Positions 50,485 to 62,357 of a DNA stretch of 64,000 nt are shown here, in pieces. How positions within the stretch are numbered: position 1 is the stretch's first letter; each line of letters begins with the position of its first letter. The translations under genes and the position numbers were made by a program. This stretch comes from Camelus ferus (Eukaryota): assembly GCF_009834535.1 (NCBI RefSeq), contig NC_045696.1, positions 17,548,001-17,612,000 on the forward strand, read 5' to 3'. The notes beneath the pieces are model-generated. The model was not told the DNA's origin, did not search any database, and was given only the letters and a program-made list of their open reading frames with translations.

Positions 50485-51472
50485 GTTGGCAAATTATTTA
50501 ATCATGTCTATTGTTATGTTTATTTAAGGAAGATTTATGAAAAACTTATCTCCTTTTTCAGCTTTATTTGTAACAGTAAATTGAACACTGATTTTTGATG
50601 TAAGCAGAAGGAATTTACTGAATCTACTATACTTTCCTTACCTGAAGTTCTTAATATTAAATGAATAAAGAGTAGGGAGCCTCCCACAGTCTTCAGGTGG
50701 TTAAATATTTCATTAAGAATCTGGTCACTGAAGAACACAAAGAACTTTCTTACTGAATCATTCCCTCATATAAGGTGACTTCACAACTGGAATCACCCAA
50801 ATGCTATGATAGAACACAGTCTTAAGAGTTAATTCTGGACCTTGTAATGTAGAAACTGAGTTACGTGCTGCATATGATTTGATTGTATTGGTCCCTATCT
50901 TACTTGTCTCAATGGAATATGAATTCTCTAGGGTTCTACAGGGAAACAGCATATCTGGTCAATATATTGCCATAGTGTTTGATCCTCTGTTGGAAGATAA
51001 GTTTAAATCCTGCATAATTAATGAACACAAGTAGCACAAATTATGTGAGCTTTTTATAATCATTCAGTCTATTGAATGCAACAGAGCTATCTTATAAAAT
51101 CACTGTAGCTGTGAGATTTTAATCATATCTCTTAATTTTGTATTGTGTTGTATTAACTCTTAACATTTGTTTTTCTTATTAAAAAGGACATATCCAGTTG
51201 TAATGATGAAGAAAGCAATGGGAAATGCCAGAAAATCAAAAACTAAAACACTTTCAGAATGAATATGATGATGCCTCGTGAGAACTGAAATAGTTGCCAC
51301 TTAAAATTTTTTTTTCATTGGCAATTATTGGTTGAAGTGTACCAAACTATCCACACTGAAGACTACCTAGTAAATTAAGTGCAGTAATATGATAACTGGT
51401 ATTTTTAGTGGAATATATACATTACACTAGTGTGGCTGAAGATACCAGTAGACTAGATGTATATATTAAATA

Positions 51473-51700
51473 GACAAGCATTTCCTGAGCTGTGCTTTAG
51501 ACAGCATTGAGATTTTCAGGGGTGTTATTAAGTGTTTTCGAGAATAAAGGGTTTCTTGACAAATCAGACTGTGAAATGTTACAAGTTAAATTGCTCTTGA
51601 TGATTCACAGTAAGAATCAGCAATGTTAAGAATTCAAGAACTCCTGAGGTAAGAAAAAAATAGTTTAACAGCATTTAACCAAGTATTTCCAAAACTCTTC
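51473..51700. mobile_element. MER103C-like hAT-Charlie element
   Basis: aaagggtttcttgacaaat, gattcacagtaagaatcagca, tttaaccaagtatttccaaaact. Confidence 0.65.
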
Positions 51701-51929
51701 TAAAAATATTATTTTTGAATATTTTTACATTTAAATAAAAATGTTTTAAAGTCTAGAGCTTTATGAATTATTAAAAGGTAAGCACATTTTTAATAACTAC
51801 TAAGTCGGAAAATAAAAATCCTGTATCTACAGTCCACTAGCTCCTCCCAGTCTCATCCTGGCTTTTAGGATAAATGCTATAATACTTTTTAAAATGACTG
51901 TCATTCTGCAGTTAATTTTGTCTCTTTCA

Positions 51930-52680
51930 GATATTTTTAAATCCATGTGTTCCCTCTTGATCTCTTTTATTATATTGCAACCTATTTGTCTAAGAAACCA
52001 GAAGAATTGTTTTTCTGAAGTTTTCCGCAATCAGAATTTTGCTGGTTGGATCACATTGTTGTAGCTTAATATATGTCTCTGTCACTTGTAATTTTTGTTT
52101 ATTGATAATTGGATCTCTATGTGTAATTAGATGTAGGGTCAATGTTTTGGCACATAGATATTATGTTTATTTCACTAGCAAAGAATATAATATTTGATTG
52201 TCTTTCATGTTGTGATGTTAGCAGCCATGAATTTTCAATTAATTCCTTAGGGGCTGCAAAATGAATGTATCCTCAATCTAAAATTTCTTCTTCACAGAAC
52301 TAGAATACATATTTAAAAATATATTTCATATCATCCATGTCTTACCCTTCTAGTGACATAGTGAATATAGGAAAGGCAGAATAGATTATTTCCCTTCTTA
52401 AACAATTGTTAAAGTTGACTTTCTAGAATCCTCAAAACTAAGCAATTAGTTTAAGTATCATTTTGAACTATTGAATTTAAATATATTTGATGTGGGTTGA
52501 TATACTGGACTTATTATACTCATTGATGTCCAAAATTTTCCATCTTTGGCCATTCTACCTCTGAGCTAGAAGCAGACAATTCATGCAATTATTCTTTTAG
52601 TGGAAAATAGTACTCTAGGTCCTCAATCTGGACACTAGAAGTGGTCATGTTTTTAGGAAATATGAATCTAAATCCTCATT
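51930..52680 (-). mobile_element. Old L1MC/ME 3' region
   Basis: atttaaatatatttgatgtg…cattgatgtccaaaattttccatctttggcc; ttttagtggaaaatagta…caatctggacactag. Confidence 0.6.
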
Positions 52681-53015
52681 CATTCTTACTGACTGATGTT
52701 TTCCTTTTTAAACCTCAAGATAATTTTCTTGAATTATAATTTTTAGTATTTAGTTTATTCACTTGCTTTCGTTTTCTTTAGCAATCTTTTACATCAGCTG
52801 CTATCTTCTTTGACTAGTTTCTATATTTATCACATTCTCTTGACTCATTTACATCCTTTTATCTTTTTTTTTGCATTACTTCTTAGAAGGCATTATCTGT
52901 TTTGTGTATTTGCCCTTTTCTTTATTCTTGTCTTCTTATTTTTTCTTCAATTAAGAAATATTTTAAAAATTTTATTGTTTCTGAGTTTTATCCCCTCATT
53001 TTTAATTATAAAGTT

Positions 53016-53119
53016 TTTTTAAAATTTATTATTATTATTTTTTCAGTGGAGGTACTCGGGATTGAACACAGCAACTTATGCATGCTAAGCACATGCTCTA
53101 CCATGAGCCATAGTTCCCC
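53016..53119 (-). mobile_element. tRNA-derived SINE (vic-1-like) with TSD
   Basis: tggaggtactcgggattgaac…tgcatgctaagcacatgctctaccatgagccata. TSD core attataaagtt at 53005-53015 and 53127-53137. Confidence 0.92.
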
Positions 53120-53287
53120 TTTCTTCATTATAAAGTTATGTCTATCATACATGTGTTATTTGTATAATTCTTTTGGCACATTTAAAAATACTATAATTTT
53201 TATTATTTTGGGGGCTTTTTTTTTCTAGCATGCTTTTTTGTTTATAAGAATATTATTCTGCTTTTTATTTTATTTATTATAACTACT

Positions 53288-53326
53288 TCAGATGAGATGT
53301 GTCAGATGAGATGTGTCAGATGAGAT
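53288..53326. repeat. 14-bp tandem repeat, ~2.8 copies
   Basis: tcagatgagatgtg tcagatgagatgtg tcagatgagat. Confidence 0.95.
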
Positions 53327-54869
53327 TTATCTTCACTTATTTTCTGTTACTCATTTTTATATAAAAGCAATTTTCTAGAACTTTCAAAATGTAACCAGTT
53401 TTTAATACTATTTTTAAAATGGGAAAAGTGGTTCAAGATTGTTTTAATAACATCACAGCCCATGATATCCCCTCAGTTCAAAAGAATGGCATCTTGCTTC
53501 CTGAATTCTCCTATATCCCTTTTCTACTTTTATCTGTACATTCTTCTTTTTTAAATTTTCCTTGTTATGTTCAATTTAGATTTCATTCTTAGATGTTTCT
53601 CCTGTGTGTGGGGCTTTCTCCTGGAAGGAAGTTTGGCTGGTTAGTTGAGAGTTCTGAGGAATTAGGCTTCCCAGCCTTTTGGATCTCAATACAGATCTAT
53701 TTTCTCACTTAGTATTGCATTGTGTAGAGCCTCACGCACCCTGTTTCAGATCGCCTTCTCAGACTGGCCTGCTGAGTTCTCAAGACGGTGTGGCCATTTT
53801 GAATTTTGCAGGTGTCCAAGGCATGCCTTTGCTTACTTCTTCTACCCTCTGCGTAGTGCTAATACTACTCAGGTCACATGGCAGCCAATGGTTTGTCCAC
53901 ATTCACTCATATTTAAGGTCACCTACTTTCATCGCAAATGTTGTTCAGGGATCTTTAGTTTTGCTACCTTAATTGCACTGTCAGTTTTGATTCAGGTGGA
54001 GATGGTGTGTAGGTGTGGGGAATACTTAAATCTGTCTCTCTGTGCATTTTCCCAGAATCCCTCTCCAACCATTTTTGACTATAGAAATCTCACCTATAAA
54101 TCATATGCATTACTTATTCATTTACAGCAAGAAGCTAATGGACACAATGTAAGCACCCTGAAATACACAGCATAAACCAAAGAAATAGATTTGCTTTTTC
54201 ATTAGCTTTATGATAATACCAATGTATTTATTTTATGTAGAATAATCCACATAGACTGATTTGTAAGTCAAAGTAACTATATTAATGCTAAATGAATTAT
54301 TCACTTTGTGCTACATGGAAACAAGTAACAGAAAAAAGAATGAAAAAAGAATAGTTTTTCATAGAATCCATGTTAGTCTTTTGTGGTGAATTAATTACAA
54401 GATGAGATTGTTAGAGGCTATATAAAGAGTGTGTTCATTCACAAATACACCAAACATATGTTGAGTCTTTACTCTGTATTAGACACTCTCAAAGTGATCG
54501 TATTGCTGTGGTTTCTTATATCAGTATCTCTAATCCTCATTATCAGGATAAAATATAATATATGTTAAAGATCAGTTATATGCCTGGTTCTATGCTAGGA
54601 AATGCTAGCAAATTTAATATTTACAGCTGCTCAAAAGAGATGCAGTATTAGTTACTATCTAAGGAAACAGTGGCTCAGGAAGCCAGTGAAACTTACTGGC
54701 TTAGAGAATACAAACAACATTTGAGACCAGGCTTTCTAGCAGCAATGTGCGTGTTCATACTTAAAACTAAGTCTTGCATGCTGCAGTATAAATTTATTTT
54801 CATTCTGTCTTTATTTTATCCCAGTGATTATCATTAATACTTTGGGCCTGGAACACTGCCTATGAGCAG

Positions 54870-55225
54870 TATTAGTCAGCTATTCCTGTGACAATGTATA
54901 TAACAAGCAATCCAAATGTCTCAGTGACTATTAACAGCACACATTCACTTTTTGTTCATATATTCATACATTGACCAGGGTAACGTGCTGCATGTTGAGT
55001 TCTTTATCAGAAATAACGTCTCTTGTTTCAAAGTCAGGTTGCAGGACTTGAGGCTACCTGGGCATATTCTTCTCGATTAGTATAAGAGAGGAAGCTGCCC
55101 AAGAAAGCATTTGTGAAGTATTTTATTAGAAAGAATATGCATATGCACACTCACCTTTCTTGCCAAGTAAAAAAAAAAGAAAAATTGTGTGGCGAAGCCC
55201 AAAGTCAGTGGCACAAGGAGAGAAG
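54870..55225 (-). mobile_element. Old MaLR solo LTR (MLT1-like)
   Basis: tattagtcagctatt…taacaagcaatccaaatgtctcagtgact…gggcatattcttctc…tggcgaagcccaaagtcagtgg. Confidence 0.65.
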
Positions 55226-55269
55226 AATTAATTGAGAATGAAGTACAATAAATCCCATGTAATGAGGCT

Positions 55270-55419
55270 ATATTCAAATCCCAGCTGTTATTCAGTAGTC
55301 ACATGACCTTGGGAAAGCTATTTAATACCTCAACCTCAGTTCCCTCTATTAAAAAAAAAAAAGAGATAGAAAGAAAGAGAAATAAAGAAAGAAAAGTAAA
55401 GAAAAGAAAAGAAAAAAAA

Positions 55420-55451
<32 letters not shown>

Positions 55452-55565
55452 GAAAAAGATTTTTTTCCACTGTGTGAATTTTCTATGAGAATTTAATACA
55501 AGTTAGGATAAATTTTAAATGAATTGGCATTGTTCCTAGTGGATGCTAAGTATTCAATAAATATA
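55270..55565 (+). mobile_element. MIR SINE split by an A/(GAAA)n expansion (55351-55458)
   Basis: ttcaaatcccagc…tgaccttgggaaagctatttaa…cctcagttccctc, then purine tract, then …taagtattcaataaat. Confidence 0.8.
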
Positions 55566-55879
55566 TGTGCTAGGACTCACAGAATAAAACATATATAATA
55601 TGAAATATATAATTTATATTATATATTAGGTATTTAATATAAATAAATACATTATATAATATAACATATTCTATGTGCATATGTTTTTTAAAATATATGA
55701 TATATTATATTTGGATATATATATATCCACCACACTCTACCATTGTTCATTCCATCCTGTTATGAAACTAGTTTATAGTTCATAAAGAAAAACTGGAACA
55801 GGTTCTATGAAACTTTTTGGCTTTTTGTAGTTAAAAAATAAGGCTCTCCTCTAGTCACTGTAATAGAAAAAAAACAACT

Positions 55880-57720
55880 CATATCAGGGATTGAGCTATG
55901 AGGAATACAAAGAATGAGGAGTTGTATATTATGCCTAAGAAACAGTGGAAGGAGTGATCATATAGGGGTTCACAGTGAAGTTGAACTCTAGGTTAGAAGG
56001 CAGTCTCTATGTGAGTTTTTTCAGTAATAGAGTCACTCTCTCTGACTTTGTGTTTTATGGCGTCACTCCAACTGCAGTGTTGGGAAAACCAAGTAGAAAG
56101 TCCATTTATGAGTCTGTTGAAGTATCACAACTCAGAGACAGGTACGTAGACCACTTAGTTGTGGAAATGATGGAGAAGTGGTCGGAATCTTGATATATTT
56201 CTAAGATAGACTGTAAGAAATTCTGATAAATTGGATTTGTGGTGTGAAAGAGAACCTAGAGCAAAGATGACACCGGGTTTGGGCCTGAGCAAGTGGAAGA
56301 AGGGGGGGAGCAAGTTCAGCAAGGGAAAGGAAGAAATAATTTCTGATATGTAATACACTTATTAGATATCCAAGCAGAGATATTGAGTAGATAGTTGGAA
56401 ATATGAATCTGTAGTTCAGTTTGAGATGTTGGGGCCGGAGACACAAATATGGGAAGAGTCAACATACAGATTTCATTGAAAGAAAGTGGGCTAGAAAAGA
56501 TTTAGAAGCATATATTGAAAAAAGAAGAGATTCAAGAATTGAAATTGGGACTCTGCAACAGGTAGAATTTGGAAGTGTTAAGAAGAATTAACAAAAGCAA
56601 TAGAAAAAGAATTGGCAGCAGTGTTACCTCAGGAGACACATGAGAGATTTTCCAAGGAGCCAAGTGAGGAAAATTATTTTTAAAAGGGTTCTGATTAGCT
56701 GTAATAGAGAAAGTAAGAAGACTGAGCATTGACCACAAATTTGACAATGTGATTAGCTGTAATAGAGAAAGTAAGAAGACTGAGCATTGACCACAAATTT
56801 GACAATGTAAAGGTAGCACATGACCTTGACAGAAACAGTTCAAGGGAAGTGAGACTATGAAAGCTTGATGATAAAAAAAAAAATAGTGAGTAAGAGGGAA
56901 AATGGAGATAGAATATAGAAAACTCTTTTGAAAGGTTGGACTGGAGGGTGAATACGTAGAAAATAATAATATATGTGTGCACACTAATGGAAAAGTTCTA
57001 GTAAAGATAGAGAATTTGATAACCCAGGAAACAAAAAGGAGCAATTGCAGATGCAGAGTCCTTATGTGAATGGGACCAAATAAATCCAGGGCATAAATAA
57101 AGAGGCTTAACTTAGACATGAACACGGGTAGTTTATATTTTAAAAATGAAGTGAAGAAAGAGCCTTTGTACATGCAGATGCAGGTAAGTTGGTAACACTT
57201 GATGTGAAAGTTCTGTTTTTATTAAGCGAGCTTGTCAACTGAGTGAAGAGCGGGAGGAGGAGGTAGAATTTGTTTGGGAAGGTGAAAGACTAAATGAACT
57301 AAAAAGAGATTCAAGTTTATGAGGCAAGACTTAGAGCTTCTTACTGTGTGTTTTCTCCTGTCAAGCTCAATACACATGAAGGTAGAAAGTAGTCAGTGTA
57401 TTGGATTTCAACAACACTGTGTTTTTGCCTAAAGAGTGAAACAGGGAGAAAAATCACAAAGAAGGAAAGAAAAATGTATGTAAAAGGAGTGTTGTTAGTG
57501 ATTGCTTTTAGAGTCAAAGTTAGGTAAGAAAAGAAGAAAAACATTATTAATCATGGAATTTAAAACAGATAGGGAAGAGAAAAAGACATGAGTTTTGAGA
57601 GGCAGAGAAATATGAAAGGACCAATGGATTAGAGCTCTTGCTGTGGTGAAGGAATTTGGCAGGTGAGAGGACCACAGAAAGTGACTAAAAATATTAGGAT
57701 GGAGTGTGGGAGACTAAAAT
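55880..57720 (-). mobile_element. Long L2 fragment
   Basis: tgatatatttctaagatagac, aaagatgacaccgggtttgggcctgagcaagtggaaga, ttagatatccaagcagagatattgagtagatagttggaaatatgaatct, tgaccttgacagaaacagtt. Confidence 0.85.
56692..56807. repeat. Perfect 58-bp tandem duplication
   Basis: tgattagctgtaatagagaaagtaagaagactgagcattgaccacaaatttgacaatg at 56692-56749 and 56750-56807. Confidence 0.97.
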
Positions 57721-58164
57721 GCTATGGAGGGTACTTCTAGGCACATCAGATTAGGCTGTGTTCAGACTCCCTCTCCGTTTATCTTCCTCCACCATTTCTG
57801 GGATGCCCTATTTCATTCCCTGTCTTTCATTTTCCCAGCTGACCCTGTGTTTCCCTTAAGACCCAAATTAAAGTTTTCCTCAATCAAATGATCAATTATA
57901 CCATATGCTACAGTGATTTTTCTCTTTCTTGAAGCCTTATAGCAATGGAAATTTGTGCCAAGCTGTACAATCCTACAATAAATAGTGTTAACGTGTCTTG
58001 ACTTTCTTTAGTAGTTTTATGATTGAAATATTGTTTCCATATGCATGTAGCTCCATCACTCTTAAAAATATTTGACAAATGCTTGTCAAGAAATAAAATT
58101 AACCAGCAATAAACTATCCTGATTTCATATGTCTTATTTAATAAACTGTCCTTTTGGATGCTAT

Positions 58165-58340
58165 ATCTTCTGGCCATTTACTAGGTATGTGATCTTGGAT
58201 ATATTTCTGAACTTCTGTAAGATTAAGTTTCCACATCTTTGAAACATTCTTAATATTAATTTATAAGCTAAAATAATATATTATGTTCAAAGCCCTTTCA
58301 TGGTATGTAGAATACAGTTCATATAAGATAATTGGTAGTT
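58165..58340 (+). mobile_element. MIR SINE
   Basis: ccatttactaggtatgtgatcttggatatatttctgaacttctgtaagattaagtttccacatct. Confidence 0.7.
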
Positions 58341-59797
58341 AACTAGATACAGTAAATGATGTATTCTGTCAAACATCTCTATCAATATCAGTAATATCAA
58401 TATAGTGTCATATTCAACTAGTGATATCCACAAAAATATTATATATATTATTTAGTTATACTAGGCTTTTAATTTTAGAGGATCAAGTTTCCTTATTTTA
58501 ATGCTCCATGATTTAAAACCACAAACTCCTGCATTTGCTAAATTTATCTTCAACATTCTATGGAATGTATGATAGAATGTGTGGGATAGACTGAAAGATA
58601 GAATCATATTTCAATATGATTACACAATGAGTTAACATTTTTATGGTTTTAATGGTGGCCTGTGTAGTGATTAGGACCAATGGCGACATTTAGAGATTTC
58701 ATCTTATGCATTATGGAAAAAAATCACCATGAGAGAAAAGTCACGATGCTCAATGATTGCCTTGAAAAGCTATTCATTATCGGGCATACCATAACGTGCA
58801 AGTAAGAATGGTTGATTGGCTTTAAGATCTTCTTCTATGCGAAAATAGGATATGACATAAATGACTCTCCTTTCCTCTTTCTAGTGCGTGCATTGCTTCT
58901 CTTAGGCTCAATGGAAGTTATTTAAGCTGTCACCATTGTCTTTAACATTCGACAAGAATCCACCATGTGTGGTAGATATTTATTCTCCTGAAGCCCATGG
59001 TGCTTTCTGGTATGCAGGTGTTTTATTCAATTATTGAAAATGTTAGACGCTTTAATCTGGAAAGTTAATTTATTTAAGAACCTTACAGTGTTTGTTTCAG
59101 TTCTCAACACTTTGTCCCTCAAAAGAAACGTGTGAGGAATTCTGCCCTGGTATTTTCCATTCTGCACGTCTCTCACTTGATGTGGCTATTAGCAACCAAT
59201 GCCAACATCCTCTTGCTAAAATGGTTTTAAGATAGTAAATATTGTAAAATATAGTTTTATCTTCTAGGCCTGGCCTATGCGTCCTTACTTCTGAGTTCCC
59301 ACTTTCTTAACGTTATAGCATAGCAGTCTATTACCTCTTAGCTTCCAAGTTTTAGACCCATACTTTTCAGTTTATCCCTGCTCTATCAATTCCTACAAAC
59401 CAAAGTGATTAAAAATAAAATGCTATGGGCCCTTACCTCAAAGTTCTTGATATGCAGGGGCAAAAGAGTCAAACACAAATGGCATGTATTCCATACATTG
59501 AACAATTCTTAGAAATAAAAATAATTTCCATCCAGAAAAGAGGAAAATTTTAATTACTGACTAGTTAATAGCCAGTGACTAAGTAAGCCATCCTATCAAA
59601 ATGGCTTTCAGCAAAGCAAAGTAGAAGTTTTCTTAATACAGCATTGCTGGTAGAGTAAAAATACTTATAGAATTTTTTAAGTTTTTTTTCTTTTATTTGA
59701 AAAAGTAAAACATTCATTCTAAGTGGCCTATATAAAATTTGGTACATCTATTTCAATATAAGGATATCAGAAGCAACCATTAAAATAGTATATAAGA

Positions 59798-60294
59798 CTG
59801 GATAAAGAAGATGTGTTATATTTACACAATGGAATACTATTCAGCCATAAAAACCAACAACATAACGCCATTTGCAGCAACATGGATGCTCCTGGAAAGT
59901 GTCATTCTAAGTGAAGTAAACCAGAAAAAGAAAGAAAAATACCATATGGGATCGCTTATATGTGGAATCTAAAAAACAAAAACAAAAACAAAAACAAAAA
60001 AACAAAGCATAAATACAAAACAGAAATAGACTCATAGACATAGAATACAAACTTGTGGTTGCCAAGGGGGCAGAGGGTGGGAAGGGATAGACAGGATTTC
60101 AAAATTGTAGACTAGATAAACAAGATTATACTGTATAGCACAGGGAAATATACACAAGATCTTATGGTAGCTCACAGAGAAAAAAAATGTGACAATGAAT
60201 ATATATATGTTCATGTATAACTGAAAAATTGTGCTCTATACTGGAATTTGACACAACATTGTAAAATGATTATAAATCAATAAAAAATGTTTAA
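59798..60294 (+). mobile_element. Young 5'-truncated L1 3' end (~500 bp), distinct subfamily
   Basis: tggataaagaagatgtg…caatggaatactattcagccataaaa…ccatttgcagcaacatggatg…aataaa. Imperfect TSD aaaatagtatataaga (59782-59797) vs aaaaaagtatactaaga (60295-60311). Confidence 0.95.
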
Positions 60295-60311
60295 AAAAAA
60301 GTATACTAAGA

Positions 60312-60700
60312 AGTATAGTCAAAAGCCCATAAACAAATTAAAATGGAATTTTAAAAGTTCAAATAACCCAAAACAATGCAGGAAGGGCAAAACAGAGGAG
60401 TGAAAATCAGAAGGGACAAAATGGTAGAGCTAAATCCAATCATGTCATTAATTACATTAAATATAAACGGTTTAAACACACCCATTTAAATAGAGATAGG
60501 GACGTGCGGATATAGCTTAGTGAGAGTGTGTACTTAGCACGTGTGAGGTCCTGAGCCAATCCCATGTACCTCCATTAAAAAATAATAAAAAAAAAAATGA
60601 AGGTTAAATAGAGATAGACTGCATAAAATATAAGACCTAACTCTAAGTGATGTGTAACAAACCCACTTGAAACATGGTTTGAATAGATTTAAGGAAAGAA
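60312..60700 (+). mobile_element. Old L1M ORF2 endonuclease-start remnant
   Basis: 60442-60486 translates MSLITLNINGLNTPI, the L1 APE endonuclease motif (TLNVNGLN.PIK). Confidence 0.85.
60500..60603 (+). mobile_element. tRNA-derived SINE (vic-1-like) with perfect 14-bp TSD
   Basis: tatagcttagtgagagtg…gaggtcctgagccaatcccatgtacctcc plus A tail. TSD ttaaatagagatag at 60486-60499 and 60604-60617. Confidence 0.93.
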
Positions 60701-60789
60701 TACAACTTCTAGTTTCAGCCCTGAAATGTTAAGAGGTGGGAAGTAGTCATTCCTGTCTTTATAAAAACAAAAAATAAAAAAGCAAACTA

Positions 60790-61560
60790 ATAAAGAAAAA
60801 AAGATACTTCACCAAAGAAATTATTCAGGTGGCAAATAAGCACCAGAGAAATCATTTCTCATTGGAAAAATGTAAGTTAATAGGATACCATTCCACATTT
60901 ACTGAAATAGCTAATATAAAAAATAATTCCAAGGGCAAAGCCACTGACACTTTTAAACATTGCTATTTGGAATGCAAAACAGTATGCCACTCTGAAAAAG
61001 TTGGTCCATTTTTTATAAAGTTAAATATACACTTACATCACCCAGAAATACAACTTTTAGAAATTTACCCTAGAGAATTGAAATTATGTGTTTACACAAA
61101 ATCAGTACATAAATGTTTATGATATCAGTATCGACAATTGCCAAAAACATGAAATAACCCAAATGTCCCTCAGTAAGTGAATGGGCAAACAAAATCTCTT
61201 ATATTCATGCAGTGGGACTCTGCTAAGTAATAAGACATTAGATATTGATGCAGGCAATAATCTGAAAAAAATCTGTGAAAGAAGCCAGTCCCAAAGGATT
61301 GCATACTATATAATTCCATTGATAATACATTTGGGAAAATGGCAAAATTAAATGGACAGTGAACAGATCTTTGGCTGCCAGGGGTTAGGGATGGGAGTGG
61401 GGGGAACTGCATGACAAAGGAGAATTATCTGGTGTGTTGGGATTATCCTGTATTTAAGTAGTAGTGGTAGTAATTGCAGGAAACTTTTATGAGTTACAAT
61501 TCAATTGACTGTACATCAAAAATTTGATTTGTATTGCGTGCAAAGTTTTAAAAGTCAAAA
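60790..61560 (+). mobile_element. Old L1M ORF2 end and 3' UTR
   Basis: agatacttcaccaaagaa…ggcaaataagcac; ORF 60829-61122 (…HPEIQLLEIYPRELK) is decayed ORF2 C-terminus; gtgaaagaagccagtcccaaa. Confidence 0.88.
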
Positions 61561-61636
61561 AACCTAAATTCTAATTTTGAAAAATGACATTGCTAAATGG
61601 ATCAAAATCTTTGATCCAGTGCAATATGAAGAGATT

Positions 61637-62051
61637 TGCGATGGTTAATTTTGCTTGTCACCTTGACTAAGCTGTGATACTACACATTTAGTCAGATATG
61701 TCTAGATGTTGCTGTGAAGATAATTTTTAGGTAAAATTAACATTTAAGTCAGTAGACTTTGAGGAAACCATATTACCCACCATAATGCTGGTGTGTCTCA
61801 TTTAGTCAATTGAAGATCTTAACAGAGAAAAGAGTGAATGACAGAGGAAGAGAAAAATCTGATTTCAAACTGTCTTTGGCCTTGAACTGTAACAGCAATA
61901 ACTCTCCCTTGGATCTCCAGTCTGATGGCCTCCTCTGTACATCTTGGTCTTGCCAGATTCCACAACTGTGTGAGCCAATTCCTTGAACACCGCTCCCTCT
62001 CTCTAAACATATTCAATTGATTCTATTTCTCTGGAGAACCCTACTGATACA
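61637..62051 (+). mobile_element. MLT2 (ERVL) solo LTR
   Basis: TGcgatggttaatttt…tctagatgttgctgtgaag…tcagtagactttgag…tgtgagccaattcctt…tctctggagaacccta…taCA. Confidence 0.92.
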
Positions 62052-62357
62052 GGGTCTCAAGGATGTTAGACTCCAAGTGTGAAAGTATTTTTGATATAAT
62101 ACTATACAACTTTCTCCCATTGTCCATTCTCATGTAGTTCAAAAAATGAAACTCCTATGTTTAAGCACATAAACTGAACACACTAAAGACATGTAAGGAA
62201 CTGGATTTATTATTGTGCTGTCCTATTTTATTTTTCTGCCAGTATTTGACTTTGATTATGGATGCCCAAAACTGCATCTGGTTAAATTCGTATTTTGGTG
62301 GTAAAATAAATGATTTAATTTAAATTAATTTACACCTTTAAAAATGAACACAGTGAG

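Larger units (their letters stand above)
52700..53960 (-). mobile_element. HAL1-like / old L1 5' element
   Basis: T-rich decayed LINE-like sequence ending in tggtttgtccacattcactcatattt; recalled resemblance to HAL1. Confidence 0.45.

Noticed and set aside
53288..56807. Short direct repeats as CRISPR-like arrays
   Set aside because: Head-to-tail tandem copies without spacers, in eukaryotic DNA with no cas genes.
56532..57173. Longest ORF (213 aa, minus)
   Set aside because: Lies in decayed L2, F/L/S-rich, includes the 58-bp duplication and has no recognisable domain.
60500..60575. tRNA-like sequences here and at 4.2, 19.9 and 53.1 kb as tRNA genes
   Set aside because: Mutated boxes, A-rich tails and (for two copies) clear TSDs identify them as SINEs.
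11875..61560. L1 strand bias as evidence of a host gene's direction
   Set aside because: Minus-strand L1 is more abundant but several plus-strand copies exist; too few elements to conclude.
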